From: Alphaproteobacteria bacterium
Lineage (GTDB): Bacteria; Pseudomonadota; Alphaproteobacteria; Methylaequorales; Methylaequoraceae
Reading direction: 5' to 3'
NCBI GenBank assembly: GCA_045563055.1
Contig: JBJKUR010000009.1
Location: forward strand, 19,454 to 83,453
DNA length: 64,000 nucleotides
Shown in pieces: positions 20,201 to 34,997 of the stretch. Numbering within the stretch: position 1 is the stretch's first letter; every line of letters begins with the position of its first letter. The notes under the pieces were generated by a model. It had not been told where the DNA came from. It was given only the letters and a program-made list of their open reading frames with translations, and did not search any database. The position numbers were made by a program, and so were the translations under genes.

Positions 20201-20578
20201 ATGGCCGACGTTCAAAAAATTGCTGAAGATCTCTCAACATTAACTGTACTTGAGGCTTCAGAGCTTACAAAGATTTTAGAAGAAAAATGGGGTGTATCCG
20301 CTGCTGCACCAGTTGCAGTTGCTGCACCAGCTGGAGGAGCTCCAGCAGAAGCTGCTGGCGAAGAAAAGACAGAATTTGAAATTCATTTAGCTACCTCTGG
20401 AGATAAAAAAATAAATGTTATCAAGGAGGTAAGGACCATAACTGGCTTGGGTCTCAAAGAAGCGAAGGATTTGGTCGAGGGTGCTCCAAGTAAACTTAAA
20501 GATGGTGTTAATAAGGAAGATGCTGAAAAGTTCAAGAAACAGCTTGAAGAAGCTGGTGCAACTGTAGAACTTAAGTAG
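20201..20578 (+). CDS. rplL: 50S ribosomal protein L7/L12
   Basis: 125 aa. Ala/Pro hinge [23 protein letters not shown] and the C-terminal domain [27 protein letters not shown]. Confidence 0.9.
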   Translation: MADVQKIAEDLSTLTVLEASELTKILEEKWGVSAAAPVAVAAPAGGAPAEAAGEEKTEFEIHLATSGDKKINVIKEVRTITGLGLKEAKDLVEGAPSKLKDGVNKEDAEKFKKQLEEAGATVELK

Positions 20579-20585
20579 CATCACT

Positions 20586-23500
20586 ATGAAAAAATCTTTT
20601 ACCGACAAACATAATATAAGAAAAAGCTTTGGAAAGATTCCCGATCTAGTCCAGATGCCAAATTTACTGGAAATTCAAAGAAATTCTTACGATCTTTTTC
20701 TCCAAAGAAATATAGAACCTAAAGATAGAGAGGATATCGGTTTACAAGCAGTATTTAATAAAGTTTTCCCAATAAGTGATTTCTCAGGTGTTGCTGAACT
20801 CAGATTTGTAAAATATGAACTAGAAGACCCAAAGTATGATGTTGAAGAATGTATTCAACGAGGAGGAACTTATGGATCATTACTAAAAGTGACTCTAAAT
20901 TTAATTATAAGGGAAATAGATGAAGAAACTGGTATTTCATCAGTAAAAGATATTAAAGAACAAGATGTTTATTTAGGTGATATGCCATTAATGACATCAC
21001 GTGGTACATTTGTATTTAACGGAACAACAAGGGTGGTTGTCTCTCAAATGCATAGGTCTCCTGGAGTATTTTTTGACCATGATAAAGGTAAAAGTCATTC
21101 AAGTGGAAAGTTTTTATTTGCTTCAAGACTTATACCCTACAATGGTTCATGGATAGACTTTGAATTTGATCCAAAAGATTTAATGTATGTAAGAATAGAT
21201 AAAAGAAGAAAACTATTAGCGTCTTCACTTTTACTGGCGTTAGATAACGAAAATTCTATAAAATATAGGGATAGTTGTGAAAAAAAAGGCCTGGAACTTG
21301 ATTATAACAAAATGAATGGAATGACTCATGAAGAACTCTTCTCTTACTTTTATAAATTTAAAAAAATTACTAAAAAGAAAGATGGGTGGGAAATTGTTTA
21401 TAACAAATCTGACTATACCGGTACAAAGCTAGAATACGATATTGTAGATTCAGAAACTGGAAAGTTATACGCTAATTCCGGCGAGAAATTTAATATTGCA
21501 GTTCAAAAAAAAATAGATGAGAACTCTGTTAAAAAGATTTTTTTAACTAACGATAATATCAAACAAAAATTTCTTGCCAAAGATATATTTGACCCTAAAA
21601 CAGGTATCATTTTCTTTGAGGCTGGAGAAGAGATTGACGATAATGTTTTAAACCACTTAGCTGATAAAAATATAAATGAGATTGAAATATTAGATTTAAA
21701 CTCAAATCAACAAGGCGCTTACATTAGAAATACATTTTTTGCTGATAAAAATAAAAACAGAAATGATGCGATAACAGAAATTTATAAAATCTTAAGACCT
21801 GGAGAACCTCCAACTGTAGAAGCTGCTGACAAGTTATTTAGGAGTCTTTTTTTCGATAGAGAAAGATACGATCTATCTCCTGTTGGAAGGTTGAAAATAA
21901 ATACTAGGCTAAATTTGGATACAGATTTAGATAAAAGAGTTCTAGAAAATAATGATATAATTCAAATTATTCGTTATTTGGCAGGATTAAAAGATGGAAA
22001 TGGTCATATTGATGATATCGATCATCTTGGGAATAGAAGAGTTAGATCAGTCGGAGAGCTCCTAGAAAATCAGTATACGATTGGAGTTATAAGAATGGAA
22101 AGGGCAATTAAAGAGAGAATGACTAATGCGCCTGACATTGAAACTGTAATGCCAAATGACCTGGTAAATCCTAAGCCTGCATCCGCTTCCATAAGAGAAT
22201 TTTTTGGACAAAGTCAATTATCTCAGTTTATGGATCAAACAAATCCATTATCCGAGATTACTCACAAAAGAAGACTATCTGCTTTAGGCCCTGGAGGTTT
22301 ATCAAGAGAAAGAGCTGGATTTGAAGTTAGAGATGTACACCCATCTCATTATGGGAGGATATGTCCTATTGAAACTCCTGAGGGACCAAATATTGGCTTG
22401 ATTAATTCCTTGGCCACATATTCTAAAGTCAATAGTTATGGTTTTATAGAAACTCCATATAGAAAAGTTGAAAATTCAAAAGTTACATCAGAAATTGTAT
22501 ATCTGTCGGCCATGGAGGAGGAAAAATATGCAATTGCACAAGCCAATGAACCATTAAAGAGTGGTGGTTCCTTTGAAAGATCACTTATCTCATGCAGAAA
22601 AAGTGGCGACTTTCTAATGTTAGACCCAAAAAATGTTGATTTCATTGATGTTTCCCCAAAACAATTAGTCTCAGTTGCGGCTGCACTTATTCCATTTTTG
22701 GAAAATGACGATGCTAACAGAGCACTAATGGGATCAAATATGATGCGTCAAGCTGTTCCGTTATTAAAAAGTCAGTCTCCATTTGTAGGAACAGGAATGG
22801 AGTCTGTGGTAGCCAGAGATTCGGGAGTAGTTGTTGCTGCAAAAAGATCTGGTTATGTAAATCAGGTTGATTCTTCTAGAATTGTGATTAGTGCAATTCA
22901 GAAAAGTGACAATGATACAGGAGTTGATATTTATAGATTAAGTAAGTTTCAAAGATCTAATCAAGACACTTGTATTAATCAAACACCTTTAGTTAGAGAA
23001 GGAGATTATGTTGAAAAAGGGGATATAATCGCCGATGGTCCTGCATCAAAGATTGGTGAATTAGCACTTGGAAAAAATGTTACAGTTGCCTTCATGCCTT
23101 GGAATGGTTACAACTACGAGGATTCTATTCTTATTTCAGAAAAACTTGTTGTTGATGATGTTTTTACATCTATTCACATCCAAGAATTTGAAGTGTTGGC
23201 TAGAGACACTAAGTTAGGTCAAGAGGATATCACAAGGGATATACCTAATATTGGAGAAGAGTCTTTAACCAACCTGGATGAGGCAGGAATTGTTCACATT
23301 GGTGCAAAAGTAAACCCCGGTGATATACTTGTTGGAAAAGTAACTCCAAAAGGTGAATCTCCAATGACACCCGAGGAAAAACTTTTAAGAGCTATATTTG
23401 GTGAGAAAGCTGCCGATGTAAAGGATACATCATTACGTCTACCGCCAGGTGTTTCCGGAACGGTTGTTGAAGTAAGGGTTTTTTCTAGAAGAGGTATAGA

Positions 23501-24755
23501 TAAAGATGAACGTTCTTTATCTAATGAAAGAATGCAAATAGAACAACTTCATATTGATATGGAGGATGAAAAATTTATTTTAGAGTCAAGCTTTGAAAAA
23601 AATCTTAAATCTATTTTCTTAAACCAAGATCATGACAATGGATTAGATAAAAAGATTAAAAAGTTAACTAAAGAAATTTTAGATGAAACGAAACTGCTTA
23701 AATTGAAAAATATAACTGTTAAATCTGATGCAGTAATGAAAAAGGTTGAAGCCCTAAATGAAGCATTTGAAAATAGCTTAAATCTCCTAAACAAGACATT
23801 TCAGTCAAAAGTTGATAAAGTTCAAGCTGGTGACGAACTCATGCCTGGAGTCATGAAACTTGTCAAAGTTTTTGTTGCAGTCAAAAGACAACTTGCACCC
23901 GGTGATAAGATGGCAGGTCGACATGGAAATAAAGGAGTTATATCAAGAATTATTCCTGTCGAAGATATGCCTTATATGGAGGATGGGACACCTGTTGATA
24001 TTGTTTTAAATCCATTGGGAGTTCCATCAAGAATGAATGTTGGTCAAATTTTAGAGACTCATTTGGGTGCTGCCTCTGTGGACTTAGGGAAAAAATTTTA
24101 CAATCTTGCGATTGATGCACAAAATGATAAATCAAACATAGATAAGATCAAAAAGTTATTTAATAGCGTTTATGGATCTGAGATTTATGAGGCTAGAATT
24201 TCACAACTAAAAGATGATGAAATAGTTAAAAGGGCACTTCAACTTACTAACGGTGTACCATTTGCCACGCCTGTTTTTGATGGTGCAAAGGAATTAGATA
24301 TTAATGATTATTTTACAATGGCATCAAGTAATACAAGTGGACAAAAGAAGCTTGTTGACGGAAGAACAGGTAATTACTTTGACAGAGAAATTACAGTTGG
24401 TCAAATTTATATGTTAAAACTTAATCACCTTGTTGATGATAAAATTCATGCGAGATCGATTGGACCCTACAGCCTTGTTACTCAACAACCTTTAGGAGGT
24501 AAAGCACAATTTGGTGGCCAAAGATTTGGTGAAATGGAAGTTTGGGCATTAGAAGCATATGGGGCTTCTTATACTCTTCAGGAAATGCTAACTGTCAAGT
24601 CAGATGATGTTTCAGGAAGAACAAAAGCCTATGAAACAATAGTTCGAGGTGATGACATCATTGAGTCTGGTATACCAGAATCTTTTAATGTACTGATCAT
24701 GGAGTTAAAATCTTTAGGCCTTAACGTCGAACTTTTAGAAAGAAATGTTAGTTAG
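20586..24755 (+). CDS. rpoB: DNA-directed RNA polymerase beta subunit
   Basis: 1389 aa. Conserved beta-subunit blocks throughout ([17 protein letters not shown], the rifampicin-region [34 protein letters not shown]). Confidence 0.95.
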   Translation: MKKSFTDKHNIRKSFGKIPDLVQMPNLLEIQRNSYDLFLQRNIEPKDREDIGLQAVFNKVFPISDFSGVAELRFVKYELEDPKYDVEECIQRGGTYGSLLKVTLNLIIREIDEETGISSVKDIKEQDVYLGDMPLMTSRGTFVFNGTTRVVVSQMHRSPGVFFDHDKGKSHSSGKFLFASRLIPYNGSWIDFEFDPKDLMYVRIDKRRKLLASSLLLALDNENSIKYRDSCEKKGLELDYNKMNGMTHEELFSYFYKFKKITKKKDGWEIVYNKSDYTGTKLEYDIVDSETGKLYANSGEKFNIAVQKKIDENSVKKIFLTNDNIKQKFLAKDIFDPKTGIIFFEAGEEIDDNVLNHLADKNINEIEILDLNSNQQGAYIRNTFFADKNKNRNDAITEIYKILRPGEPPTVEAADKLFRSLFFDRERYDLSPVGRLKINTRLNLDTDLDKRVLENNDIIQIIRYLAGLKDGNGHIDDIDHLGNRRVRSVGELLENQYTIGVIRMERAIKERMTNAPDIETVMPNDLVNPKPASASIREFFGQSQLSQFMDQTNPLSEITHKRRLSALGPGGLSRERAGFEVRDVHPSHYGRICPIETPEGPNIGLINSLATYSKVNSYGFIETPYRKVENSKVTSEIVYLSAMEEEKYAIAQANEPLKSGGSFERSLISCRKSGDFLMLDPKNVDFIDVSPKQLVSVAAALIPFLENDDANRALMGSNMMRQAVPLLKSQSPFVGTGMESVVARDSGVVVAAKRSGYVNQVDSSRIVISAIQKSDNDTGVDIYRLSKFQRSNQDTCINQTPLVREGDYVEKGDIIADGPASKIGELALGKNVTVAFMPWNGYNYEDSILISEKLVVDDVFTSIHIQEFEVLARDTKLGQEDITRDIPNIGEESLTNLDEAGIVHIGAKVNPGDILVGKVTPKGESPMTPEEKLLRAIFGEKAADVKDTSLRLPPGVSGTVVEVRVFSRRGIDKDERSLSNERMQIEQLHIDMEDEKFILESSFEKNLKSIFLNQDHDNGLDKKIKKLTKEILDETKLLKLKNITVKSDAVMKKVEALNEAFENSLNLLNKTFQSKVDKVQAGDELMPGVMKLVKVFVAVKRQLAPGDKMAGRHGNKGVISRIIPVEDMPYMEDGTPVDIVLNPLGVPSRMNVGQILETHLGAASVDLGKKFYNLAIDAQNDKSNIDKIKKLFNSVYGSEIYEARISQLKDDEIVKRALQLTNGVPFATPVFDGAKELDINDYFTMASSNTSGQKKLVDGRTGNYFDREITVGQIYMLKLNHLVDDKIHARSIGPYSLVTQQPLGGKAQFGGQRFGEMEVWALEAYGASYTLQEMLTVKSDDVSGRTKAYETIVRGDDIIESGIPESFNVLIMELKSLGLNVELLERNVS

Positions 24756-24763
24756 GAGAAATT

Positions 24764-27700
24764 ATGAATGAATTAGTTAAACTTATTGAAAAACCAAGTT
24801 TAGTAAACTTTGATCAACTGAGAATTTCAATTGCTAGTCCTGACGAGATAGTTTCCTGGTCTCATGGGGAAATTAAGAAACCAGAAACAATCAATTACAG
24901 AACATTTAAGCCAGAAAGAAGTGGACTTTTTTGTGCAAGAATATTTGGACCGATAAAAGACTACGAATGTGTGTGCGGAAAATATAAAAGGATGAAATTT
25001 AAAGGTATAATTTGCGAAAAATGTGGAGTTGAGGTTACACTTACTAAAGTAAGAAGAGAGAGAATGGGTCACATTCCTCTGGCTGCACCTGTAGCTCATA
25101 TTTGGTTTCTCAAGTCTTTGCCAAGTCGAATTGGTCTTCTTTTAGATCTGGCTCTTAAAGATTTAGAAAAAGTTCTTTATTTTGAGAGTTTTATTGTCAC
25201 AGAGCCTGGAATGGTTAAATCTCTAAAGAAATTTCAAATTTTATCAGATGAAGAAAACACCAGTTTGAAAGAGGAATTCGGTGATAGTTTTCAAACGATG
25301 ATAGGCGCTGAAGCTATTCAAAAGTTATTGTCTGAGATTAACCTTGAAGAAGAACAAAAAGTTGTTAGGGAAGAGTTAGCATCAACTTCTTCTGAAACGA
25401 AAAAAAAGAAGTTAGTTAAAAGACTAAAGTTGGTAGAGGCTTTTTTATCTTCAAAACTCAAGCCAGAATGGATGATTTTAAATGTGGTTCCTGTAATACC
25501 GCCAGAGTTGAGACCATTGGTTCCTCTAGATGGTGGAAGGTTTGCCACCTCAGATTTAAATGATCTTTATCGTCGAGTAATTAATAGAAATAATAGATTG
25601 CAAAGACTACTAACACTTAAAGCTCCTGATATAATTGTGAGAAATGAGAAAAGGATGTTACAAGAAGCTTGTGATGCATTGTTCGATAATGGTAGACGCG
25701 GGAGAGTAATCACAGGAACCAATAAAAGACCTCTGAAATCTCTATCTGATATGCTCAAAGGAAAACAGGGCAGATTTAGACAGAATTTGTTGGGTAAAAG
25801 AGTGGATTACTCAGGCAGATCGGTGATTGTTGTTGGACCTGAATTGAAACTCCATCAATGCGGAATTCCAAAAAAAATGGCCATTGAACTATTTAAACCA
25901 TTTATTTACTCAAAATTAGAGAAATATAATCTTGCTACTACCGTAAAAGCTGCAAAAAAAATGGTTGAAAAAGAAAGACCGGAAGTTTGGGATATATTGG
26001 CAGAAGTAATAAGAGAGCACCCAGTTTTACTTAATAGGGCACCAACTTTACATAGATTAGGGATACAAGCTTTCGAACCTATACTTATTGAAGGCAAAGC
26101 TATTCAATTACATCCATTAGTTTGCACAGCATTTAATGCAGACTTTGATGGAGATCAAATGGCTGTTCATGTTCCATTATCCCTAGAGTCACAACTAGAG
26201 GCCAGAGTTTTGATGATGTCTACAAATAATATTTTATCTCCAGCTAACGGAAAACCAATCATTGTTCCCTCACAAGATATGATTCTCGGCCTATACTACT
26301 TGAGTTTAATAAGTCATGGTGAAATTGGAGAAGGTATGATTTTCTCATCCATTGAGGAGTTGCTTGCAGCAATAGATCAAAAAAATGTTTCCCTACATTC
26401 CAAAATTAAATGTAGATTTCAAACCGTTAATGAAAACTTTGAACCAATGACGCAAACTGTATCAACAACTCCGGGAAGAATGTTGATTAGCGAAATACTT
26501 CCAAGACATCCAAAAGTAAGTTTTAATATAATTAACAAGGTATTAACAAAAAAAGAGATAAGCAATGCCATCGATTTGGTTTACAGACATTGTGGTCAAA
26601 AGAAAACAGTAATATTTGCAGACAAATTAATGGAGATTGGTTTTAGAGAGGCTTGTAAAGCGGGTATATCATTTGGAAAAGATGACTTATTAATCCCATC
26701 AACAAAAACCAGCTTATTAGAGGAAACCGAAACTAAAGTTAAATCATACGAAAAACAATACTCCGAGGGGTTGATTACTAAAGGTGAAAAATACAATAAA
26801 GTTGTTGATGCTTGGGCAAAATGTTCTGACTCAGTTGCCGATGAGATGATGAAAATCCTTGTTCCAAAAGAAAAAGATAAAGTAGAAAATTATAATTCGG
26901 TTTACATGATGGCTGATTCTGGAGCAAGAGGTTCTGCGGCACAATTGAAACAACTTTCAGGCATGAGAGGGCTGATGGCCAAACCTTCTGGAGAAATAAT
27001 TGAAACTCCTATTGTATCTAATTTTAAAGAGGGGCTTACTGTTCTGGAATATTTTAACTCTAGCCATGGTGCAAGAAAGGGGTTGGCTGATACAGCTCTA
27101 AAAACAGCTAACTCAGGCTACTTAACTCGAAGATTGGTTGATGTTGCGCAAGATTCAATCATTACAGTTCCTGATTGCTTTACTACAAAATATATAACTT
27201 TGAGTACGTTAGTCGAAGGTGGAGAGGTTATAGACCCTATATCAGAGAGGGTCTTAGGAAGAACTCTCGCTGAAGATTTAATCGATGGTGATAATAAAGT
27301 AATTGCGAAAACTGGTGACATGGTGTCTGAGGAACACTTAGGTTTAATTGATAAAATGGGTTTTGAGCAGATTAAAGTCAGATCTGTTCTTACTTGTGAA
27401 GCTGAATTCGGAGTTTGTGCTAAATGTTATGGTAGAGATCTTGCCAGGGGCACACCAGTAAATGTTGGTGAAGCCGTAGGAGTTATAGCTGCGCAATCCA
27501 TTGGTGAGCCGGGAACTCAACTTACCATGAGAACTTTCCATATTGGTGGAGCTGCGCAAAAAGGTACAGAGGTATCTAACATTGAATCCAAATTTAATGG
27601 AACCACGAAATATCTTAATTTAAAATCTGCAATTGATAGCGCTGGTAATAATATTAACATGTCAAGAAATGCATCACTTCTAATATTAGATGATAAGAAA

Positions 27701-28912
27701 AAAGAAAAAGCCAAGCACAGACTGCCGTTTGGATGTAAAATTAATTTCAATGATGGAGTTAAAGTCCAATCTAATGACATTATTGCGGAGTGGGATCCTT
27801 TCACGCTTCCAATATTGGCTCAAATTAACGGGATAGTTAAATTTAAAGACTTAGAGGATGGGGTCACTACTCGAGAAATAGTTGATGAATCAACTGGTCT
27901 CTCAAGTAATATTGTTACTGACTGGAAACAGCAAACACAGAACCAGGAGCTTGTACCCAGAATTGAAATTCATGATAGAAAAGATGATGGGAAAGCATTG
28001 GTTTTGGAAAATGGTAGTGCCGCAAACTATGAGCTTACTGTTGATTCAATTATAAGTGTTAATAATGATGAACCTATAAAGCAGGGTGATGTTATAGCCA
28101 GAGTGCCAAAAGAATCAAGCAAAACAAAGGATATTACTGGAGGACTTCCGAGGGTTGCAGAATTATTTGAAGCAAGGAGACCAAAAGATCATGCAATTAT
28201 TGCTGAGGTATCTGGAAAAATTCAGTTTGGTAAAGATTATAAAATGAAGAGAAAAATTTCTATTGTTCCTGATGATAAAAACCACGAATCGGTTGAATAT
28301 GTTATTTCAAAATTAAAACATTTGACTGTTCAAGAAGGAGATTATGTTGAAATTGGTGATATTCTAGTTGATGGCAGCTCGGTTCCTCATGATATTTTGA
28401 GAGTAAAAGGAGTTGAGGCATTATCTACTTACCTAACAAAAGAAGTTCAAGATGTGTATAGGCTTCAAGGGGTAAAAATAAATGATAAGCATATTGAAGT
28501 AATTGTAAGACAGATGATGCAGAAAGTTGAAGTTACTAATCCTGGAGAAACAACAATGTTAGCTGGAGAACAAGTAAGTAGAAAAGAATTTATTGAACAA
28601 AACGCAAAAGCGGAACAAGATGGAAGAAAACCTGCTAAAGGTCATCAAATCTTGTTGGGCATTACAAAAGCTTCGCTTCAAACGGACAGTTTTGTATCTG
28701 CTGCATCGTTTCAAGAAACAACCAGAGTTTTAACAGAAGCTTCCGTATCGGGAAAAGTTGACAGTTTAATGGGCCTTAAAGAGAATGTGATTGTAGGAAG
28801 ATTAGTACCATGTGGAACAGGGTCGTTTATGTCACAAGTCAAACTTGAGGCAAATAAAAAAGATAAACAGTTGCTGAGTAAAGCAACTGAAAGTCAAGAA
28901 AACTCTTCATAA
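24764..28912 (+). CDS. rpoC: DNA-directed RNA polymerase beta' subunit
   Basis: 1382 aa. Zn-finger [23 protein letters not shown] and the catalytic [14 protein letters not shown]. Confidence 0.95.
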   Translation: MNELVKLIEKPSLVNFDQLRISIASPDEIVSWSHGEIKKPETINYRTFKPERSGLFCARIFGPIKDYECVCGKYKRMKFKGIICEKCGVEVTLTKVRRERMGHIPLAAPVAHIWFLKSLPSRIGLLLDLALKDLEKVLYFESFIVTEPGMVKSLKKFQILSDEENTSLKEEFGDSFQTMIGAEAIQKLLSEINLEEEQKVVREELASTSSETKKKKLVKRLKLVEAFLSSKLKPEWMILNVVPVIPPELRPLVPLDGGRFATSDLNDLYRRVINRNNRLQRLLTLKAPDIIVRNEKRMLQEACDALFDNGRRGRVITGTNKRPLKSLSDMLKGKQGRFRQNLLGKRVDYSGRSVIVVGPELKLHQCGIPKKMAIELFKPFIYSKLEKYNLATTVKAAKKMVEKERPEVWDILAEVIREHPVLLNRAPTLHRLGIQAFEPILIEGKAIQLHPLVCTAFNADFDGDQMAVHVPLSLESQLEARVLMMSTNNILSPANGKPIIVPSQDMILGLYYLSLISHGEIGEGMIFSSIEELLAAIDQKNVSLHSKIKCRFQTVNENFEPMTQTVSTTPGRMLISEILPRHPKVSFNIINKVLTKKEISNAIDLVYRHCGQKKTVIFADKLMEIGFREACKAGISFGKDDLLIPSTKTSLLEETETKVKSYEKQYSEGLITKGEKYNKVVDAWAKCSDSVADEMMKILVPKEKDKVENYNSVYMMADSGARGSAAQLKQLSGMRGLMAKPSGEIIETPIVSNFKEGLTVLEYFNSSHGARKGLADTALKTANSGYLTRRLVDVAQDSIITVPDCFTTKYITLSTLVEGGEVIDPISERVLGRTLAEDLIDGDNKVIAKTGDMVSEEHLGLIDKMGFEQIKVRSVLTCEAEFGVCAKCYGRDLARGTPVNVGEAVGVIAAQSIGEPGTQLTMRTFHIGGAAQKGTEVSNIESKFNGTTKYLNLKSAIDSAGNNINMSRNASLLILDDKKKEKAKHRLPFGCKINFNDGVKVQSNDIIAEWDPFTLPILAQINGIVKFKDLEDGVTTREIVDESTGLSSNIVTDWKQQTQNQELVPRIEIHDRKDDGKALVLENGSAANYELTVDSIISVNNDEPIKQGDVIARVPKESSKTKDITGGLPRVAELFEARRPKDHAIIAEVSGKIQFGKDYKMKRKISIVPDDKNHESVEYVISKLKHLTVQEGDYVEIGDILVDGSSVPHDILRVKGVEALSTYLTKEVQDVYRLQGVKINDKHIEVIVRQMMQKVEVTNPGETTMLAGEQVSRKEFIEQNAKAEQDGRKPAKGHQILLGITKASLQTDSFVSAASFQETTRVLTEASVSGKVDSLMGLKENVIVGRLVPCGTGSFMSQVKLEANKKDKQLLSKATESQENSS

Positions 28913-29026
28913 AGTTTTTTTTATTTCTAATGTTGACACCTCATAGAGATGTGTTAGTTTTCAACCGATAATTGGTAGTGATTTAAACAATCAAACACAA
29001 TTTCACAATTAGAATTAAGGAAAATT

Positions 29027-29398
29027 ATGCCGACTATTAACCAGTTAATTAGATCACCTAGATCTAAACAATTAAAGAGAAATAAGGTTCCAGCGCTAGA
29101 AAGTTGTCCGCAGAAAAGGGGTGTTTGCACAAGAGTGTATACCACGACCCCCAAAAAGCCCAACTCAGCCTTAAGGAAAGTTGCTAGAGTCAAGCTAACT
29201 AATGGTTTTGAAGTCACAAGTTATATTCCTGGTGAAGGACACAATTTACAGGAGCACTCTGTGGTATTAATCAGAGGTGGAAGGGTTAAAGACTTGCCAG
29301 GTGTTCGTTATCATGTTTTAAGGGGTATCCTTGATACAGAAGGCGTAAAAAATAGAAAACAAAGAAGATCAAAATACGGTGCAAAGAGACCAAAGTAG
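29027..29398 (+). CDS. rpsL: 30S ribosomal protein S12
   Basis: 123 aa. PTINQLIR...[24 protein letters not shown]. Confidence 0.95.
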   Translation: MPTINQLIRSPRSKQLKRNKVPALESCPQKRGVCTRVYTTTPKKPNSALRKVARVKLTNGFEVTSYIPGEGHNLQEHSVVLIRGGRVKDLPGVRYHVLRGILDTEGVKNRKQRRSKYGAKRPK

Positions 29399-29407
29399 GT
29401 AATTTAA

Positions 29408-29884
<477 letters not shown>

Positions 29885-29888
29885 GTTA

Positions 29889-31970
29889 ATGACTAGAAAA
29901 ACTGATTTAAATGATTATAGGAATATTGGTATTATGGCCCACATTGATGCTGGAAAAACAACTACCACAGAGAGAATTCTTTATTACACCGGAGTTTCTC
30001 ACAAAATCGGTGAGGTTCATGATGGTGCAGCAACAATGGACTGGATGGAGCAAGAACAAGAAAGAGGAATTACCATAACCTCTGCTGCTACAACTTGTTT
30101 TTGGAATGATAAAAGGATCAATATTATTGATACTCCTGGACACGTTGATTTCACAATTGAAGTCGAGAGGTCACTCAGAGTTTTAGATGGAAGTGTTTGT
30201 GTTTTTGACTCTGTTGCGGGAGTTGAACCTCAATCCGAAACAGTTTGGAGACAGGCTGATAAATACGGAGTACCTAGAATGTGTTTCGTTAATAAGATGG
30301 ACAGAATAGGAGCAAATTTTTACAGGTGCCTAGACATGATTGTCGATAGACTTGGGGCTAACCCATTGGTTTTACAACTTCCACTGGGTTCAGAGGCTGA
30401 CTTTAAAGGAGTTGTTGATCTGATAAGAATGGAAGCTATCGTTTGGCAAGAGGAAACACTTGGAGCTAAATTTACTTACGAAGAGATTCCTTCGCAAATG
30501 ATCGAAGAAGCCAACAAATATAAAGAAAAACTTATTGAAACAATTGTTGAGTTAGATGACGATATAATGGAAAAATATTTAGACGGAACTGCTCCATCAA
30601 TTGAACAAGTTAAATCGTTAATCAGAAAAGGAACCATAGAAAGTAAATTTGTTCCTGTTCTGTGCGGCAGTGCCTTTAAGAATAAGGGTGTCCAGCCTAT
30701 GTTGGATGCTGTTATAGACTTTCTTCCCTCACCACTTGATGTTCCAGCTATTAAAGGTGTTAAATACCAAAATGAGGAAGAACAAGTTACAAGAAAAAGT
30801 TCAGATGAGGAGCCATTTTCAGCACTTGCTTTTAAAATAATGAATGACCCTTTTGTCGGATCTTTGACTTTCATGAGAGTATATTCTGGAAAAATTGAGG
30901 CAGGTAGCTCGGTTTTAAACTCTGTAAAAGATAAGAGGGAAAGATTTGGTAGAATGCTTCAAATGCACTCTAATTCTAGAGAAGATATTAAAACTGCTTA
31001 TGCTGGGGATATCATTGCAGTTGCTGGTCTCAAAGATACAACAACCGGAGATACATTGTGTGAGCCTGATAACGCTGTGATTTTGGAGAGAATGGAATTC
31101 CCAGACCCAGTAATCGAGGTGGCAGTTGAACCTAAAACAAAGGCAGACCAGGAAAAAATGGGAGTAGCTCTTCAAAGGTTAGCTGCAGAAGATCCATCTT
31201 TTAAAGTTAGTGTAGATCATGAGTCCGGGCAAACTGTGATGAAGGGTATGGGTGAACTTCATCTGGAGATTTTAGTAGACAGAATGTTAAGAGAATTCAA
31301 AGTTGATGCAACGGTAGGAGCGCCGCAGGTTGCTTATAGAGAAACTATAACCCGACCTACTACCGTTGACTATACCCATAAAAAACAATCTGGTGGTGCA
31401 GGACAATTTGCAAAAGTAGTAATGGATTTTGAACCTTTAGAAAAAGGAGGCGGTTTTGTTTTTGAGAGTAAAATTGTAGGAGGAAGAGTTCCTAAAGAAT
31501 ATATCCCCGGGGTCGAAAAAGGGCTTAAGGCATCTACGGAAACTGGTTTTCTAGCTGGATTTCCAGTAATTGATTTTAAATGTACCCTTAAAGATGGTGC
31601 TTTTCATGACGTCGATTCCAGTGTAATGGCATTTGAAATCGCTGCAAGAGCAGCTTTTAGAGAGGCTATGCCAAAGGCAAAAGCTGTTTTACTTGAGCCT
31701 ATGATGAAAGTTGAGGTGGTCACTCCAGAAGAATACATGGGGGATATCATCGGAGATCTAAATTCTAGAAGAGGCCAAGTTTCAGGCATGGAGCAAAGAG
31801 GAGTTAATCATGTGGTAAATGGGATGGTTCCGTTAGCGAATATGTTTGGATATGTTAATAATTTACGCTCTATGAGCCAGGGTAGAGCAAGTTATACAAT
31901 GACTTTTGATCATTATGAAGAAGTACCTCATAATGTAGCAGAAGAAGTAAAAGAAAAAGTTTCTGGTTAA
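29889..31970 (+). CDS. fusA: Elongation factor G
   Basis: True start is ATG 29889 ([29 protein letters not shown]). The six-frame ORF runs upstream to 29796 only because there is no in-frame stop and it overlaps rpsG. Confidence 0.9.
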   Translation: MTRKTDLNDYRNIGIMAHIDAGKTTTTERILYYTGVSHKIGEVHDGAATMDWMEQEQERGITITSAATTCFWNDKRINIIDTPGHVDFTIEVERSLRVLDGSVCVFDSVAGVEPQSETVWRQADKYGVPRMCFVNKMDRIGANFYRCLDMIVDRLGANPLVLQLPLGSEADFKGVVDLIRMEAIVWQEETLGAKFTYEEIPSQMIEEANKYKEKLIETIVELDDDIMEKYLDGTAPSIEQVKSLIRKGTIESKFVPVLCGSAFKNKGVQPMLDAVIDFLPSPLDVPAIKGVKYQNEEEQVTRKSSDEEPFSALAFKIMNDPFVGSLTFMRVYSGKIEAGSSVLNSVKDKRERFGRMLQMHSNSREDIKTAYAGDIIAVAGLKDTTTGDTLCEPDNAVILERMEFPDPVIEVAVEPKTKADQEKMGVALQRLAAEDPSFKVSVDHESGQTVMKGMGELHLEILVDRMLREFKVDATVGAPQVAYRETITRPTTVDYTHKKQSGGAGQFAKVVMDFEPLEKGGGFVFESKIVGGRVPKEYIPGVEKGLKASTETGFLAGFPVIDFKCTLKDGAFHDVDSSVMAFEIAARAAFREAMPKAKAVLLEPMMKVEVVTPEEYMGDIIGDLNSRRGQVSGMEQRGVNHVVNGMVPLANMFGYVNNLRSMSQGRASYTMTFDHYEEVPHNVAEEVKEKVSG

Positions 31971-31993
31971 TTTTTAATGAAGGAGTAAGTAAA

Positions 31994-33184
31994 ATGGCTA
32001 AAGAAAAATTTGATAGAAGTAAACCACACTGTAATATAGGAACGATTGGTCACGTGGATCATGGTAAAACCACTCTAACTGCTGCAATTACAAAAGTATT
32101 GGCAGAAACTGGAGGTGCAACAGCCATGGATTATTCGCAGATTGACAAAGCACCTGAGGAAAAAGAGAGAGGAATAACGATCTCCACAGCCCATGTTGAG
32201 TATCAAACTGAAAAACGTCATTACGCCCATGTGGATTGTCCGGGTCACGCTGATTACGTTAAAAATATGATAACAGGAGCTGCTCAAATGGATGGTGCAA
32301 TTTTAGTTGTTTCAGCTGCAGATGGACCAATGCCTCAAACAAAAGAACATATACTATTGGCAAGACAAGTTGGAGTTCCTTCCATTGTAGTTTTTATGAA
32401 CAAGGTCGATCAAGTTGATGACCCTGAATTACTTGATCTTGTAGAAATGGAAGTAAGAGAATTACTTTCAAAATATGAATTTGATGGTGACAATATACCA
32501 ATAGTAAAAGGTTCAGCTTTAGCAGCAATTGAAGATTCTAACGAGGATACAGGAAAAAAAGCAATACTTGAGTTGATGCAGAAAGTTGATGAGCATATCC
32601 CACAACCTGCTAGACCATTAGACCAAGATTTTCTAATGCCTATTGAAGATGTTTTTTCTATTTCCGGAAGAGGAACAGTTGTAACTGGTAGAGTTGAAAG
32701 AGGTGTTGTCAATGTTAATGACGAAATAGAAATCACAGGTATTAAAGATACACAAAAAACTGTATGCACCGGAGTGGAAATGTTTAGAAAATTGTTAGAT
32801 AGAGGAGAAGCTGGAGATAATGTTGGTGTTTTACTTCGAGGCACTAAAAGAGAAGAAGTTGAAAGAGGACAAGTATTGGCAAAACCTGGGTCAATCAAAC
32901 CACATAAAAAGTTTAAAGCCGAGGCATATGTTCTTAATAAAGACGAGGGAGGTAGGCACACACCTTTCTTCAAAAATTATAGGCCACAGTTTTATTTCAG
33001 AACTACCGATGTGACTGGCACGATAGAGCTACCCTCTGGCACTGAAATGGTCATGCCGGGTGATAATGTCTCTGTAACAGTCGAGTTGCTTACACCAATA
33101 GCAATGGATAAAGGTCTAAAGTTTGCAATCAGAGAAGGCGGGAGAACAGTCGGAGCTGGTGTTGTTGCGGAAATAATTGAGTAG
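31994..33184 (+). CDS. tuf: Elongation factor Tu
   Basis: 396 aa. [31 protein letters not shown]. Confidence 0.95.
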   Translation: MAKEKFDRSKPHCNIGTIGHVDHGKTTLTAAITKVLAETGGATAMDYSQIDKAPEEKERGITISTAHVEYQTEKRHYAHVDCPGHADYVKNMITGAAQMDGAILVVSAADGPMPQTKEHILLARQVGVPSIVVFMNKVDQVDDPELLDLVEMEVRELLSKYEFDGDNIPIVKGSALAAIEDSNEDTGKKAILELMQKVDEHIPQPARPLDQDFLMPIEDVFSISGRGTVVTGRVERGVVNVNDEIEITGIKDTQKTVCTGVEMFRKLLDRGEAGDNVGVLLRGTKREEVERGQVLAKPGSIKPHKKFKAEAYVLNKDEGGRHTPFFKNYRPQFYFRTTDVTGTIELPSGTEMVMPGDNVSVTVELLTPIAMDKGLKFAIREGGRTVGAGVVAEIIE

Positions 33185-33207
33185 ATTTAAATAATAGGAA
33201 ATTAGGA

Positions 33208-33516
33208 ATGGCTAACCAAAATATTAGAATCAGGCTAAAAGCTTTCGATCATAGAGTTTTAGACCAAACAACCCTAGAGATTGTAAATACAGCTAAAAGA
33301 ACTGGGGCAAATATTAAGGGCCCTATTCCTCTTCCAACGGTTATAGAAAAGTTTACTGTTCTTAAATCCCCTCATGTAGATAAGAAGGCAAGAGATCAGT
33401 TAGAGATGCGGACTCATAAAAGGATGATGGATATAACTGAATGGACACCGCAAACAGTGGATGCGCTTCAAAAGTTGGAGTTAGCAGCCGGCGTGGATAT
33501 AGAAATAAAGTTATAG
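33208..33516 (+). CDS. rpsJ: 30S ribosomal protein S10
   Basis: 102 aa. [14 protein letters not shown]…GPIPLPT. Confidence 0.95.
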   Translation: MANQNIRIRLKAFDHRVLDQTTLEIVNTAKRTGANIKGPIPLPTVIEKFTVLKSPHVDKKARDQLEMRTHKRMMDITEWTPQTVDALQKLELAAGVDIEIKL

Positions 33517-33526
33517 GTATTTTGTT

Positions 33527-34372
33527 ATGAGAATCGGTTTACTTGCAGAAAAAATTGGAATGTCTAGATTTTTTGATAAAGAAAAAATAAATCATTCAGT
33601 AACAATCTTAAAGGTTAGGGATTGTAAAGTGGTTTCAGTCAATAAAATTGAAAAAAATGGTTATAACTCTATAACACTTTCACATGGGATAAATGATAAA
33701 AAGATAGGAAAACCTTTTAAAGGTTTTCTCAAGAAAAATAACCTTAAGGCCTTTTCCAATTCTCAAGAATTTAGAGTAACAGACTCTGAAAGCTTCAAGA
33801 TTGGAGATAAGGTTGGTGTTAATAATTTTATGGTAGGTCAATTTGTAGATGTTTCATCAAACTCAATCGGAAAGGGTTTTGCCGGTGGTATGAAACGTCA
33901 TAATTTTGCAGGAAATAGAGCAACTCATGGTGTTTCTATATCTCATAGGTCTCACGGTTCAACAGGGCAGTGCCAAGATCCTGGTAAAGTATTTAAGGGA
34001 AAAAAAATGGCAGGAAGACTTGGTAATAAAAAAGTAACAGTACAAAATCTAAAAATTCTTGAACTTGACATTGAGAATGAATTGCTAGTTATTAAAGGCG
34101 CTATCCCTGGTCATAAAGGGTCTGTTATCAGTATTGTTGATTCAGTTAAAAAAAATCAAGATATAAAACTTAATCAGGATTCAGAGTCTTCTCCAGTGGA
34201 AACCGTTTCTGAAAAAAATGATATTGCAGAAAAATCTCCAGTAGTTAAAGAAAAATCTGAACCAGTGGAATCTAAAACTGAACAAAAAACTCAACCAGCA
34301 GATGCTAAAACAGAAGAAAAACCTTCGGTAGATCAAGCTAATCCTCAAGAAAATTTAAAAGATAAAGAATAA
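33527..34372 (+). CDS. rplC: 50S ribosomal protein L3, with an approximately 70-aa low-complexity C-terminal extension
   Basis: 281 aa. The L3 core ends near IKGAIPGHKGSVISIV. The in-frame tail (KSEPVESKTEQKTQPADAKTEEKPS…) ends one nt before the rplD ATG. Confidence 0.85.
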   Translation: MRIGLLAEKIGMSRFFDKEKINHSVTILKVRDCKVVSVNKIEKNGYNSITLSHGINDKKIGKPFKGFLKKNNLKAFSNSQEFRVTDSESFKIGDKVGVNNFMVGQFVDVSSNSIGKGFAGGMKRHNFAGNRATHGVSISHRSHGSTGQCQDPGKVFKGKKMAGRLGNKKVTVQNLKILELDIENELLVIKGAIPGHKGSVISIVDSVKKNQDIKLNQDSESSPVETVSEKNDIAEKSPVVKEKSEPVESKTEQKTQPADAKTEEKPSVDQANPQENLKDKE

Positions 34373-34373
34373 G

Positions 34374-34997
34374 ATGAAAGAAAAAATAAATAGTATGGAT
34401 AATAAAGAACTCAAAGAAATAGATCTTGATAAGTCCGTTTTTGGTATTGATATTGATGAAAAAATCATTCATAGAATGATAAGGTATCAACTTGCTAAAA
34501 GAAGAAGTGGGAATCATAAAACTAAGGGTATATCTGAAATTTCTGGTACCACTAAAAAACCCTTTAAACAAAAAGGAACGGGTAGTGCGCGTCAAGGTAG
34601 TAAAAGGTCACCCCAAATGAGAGGTGGCGCAGTCATTTTTGGGCCTCAAGTAAGGTCTCATGAACATAAATTACCAAAAAAGATTAAAAAATTAGCTTTA
34701 AAAATGGCATTGTCGCAAAAGTTAAAAGAGGGAAAACTAAAAATACTTAATGAATTAAAAATTTCCAAACCAAAAACAAGCTTATTCAAAAATAAATTGA
34801 ACAACCTAAAAATAGACTCCGCCCTCTTCATTGATGGCTCAAACCTTGATAAAAACTTTGTTTTGGCATCAAAGAATGTTCCTAAGGTCGATATCTTGCC
34901 TGTTGTTGGGATAAACGTTTATGACATATTTAAAAGAGATTTTTTGATATTTTCTGAAGATGCTATTTATTCTATACAAGAAAGGCTTGTTAAATGA
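34374..34997 (+). CDS. rplD: 50S ribosomal protein L4
   Basis: 207 aa. [30 protein letters not shown]. The true start may be the internal Met at about 34395. Confidence 0.9.
   Translation: MKEKINSMDNKELKEIDLDKSVFGIDIDEKIIHRMIRYQLAKRRSGNHKTKGISEISGTTKKPFKQKGTGSARQGSKRSPQMRGGAVIFGPQVRSHEHKLPKKIKKLALKMALSQKLKEGKLKILNELKISKPKTSLFKNKLNNLKIDSALFIDGSNLDKNFVLASKNVPKVDILPVVGINVYDIFKRDFLIFSEDAIYSIQERLVK

Noticed and set aside
22436-22645. Antisense or embedded ORFs inside rpoB, rpoC, fusA, tuf and r-protein genes (for example 22436-22645, 25318-25548, 27517-27804, 30476-30874, 32410-32973, 37383-37814)
   Set aside because: They lie entirely within strongly supported highly conserved genes on the opposite strand or an alternate frame. 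Their composition is low-complexity (S/L/F/I-rich), typical of spurious ORFs opposite AT-rich coding DNA.
28933-28965. TTGACA hexamer upstream of rpsL as the str-operon promoter
   Set aside because: The -35 is perfect, but the best -10 at 17-bp spacing is only TAGTTT, too weak to call without support. Left unannotated.
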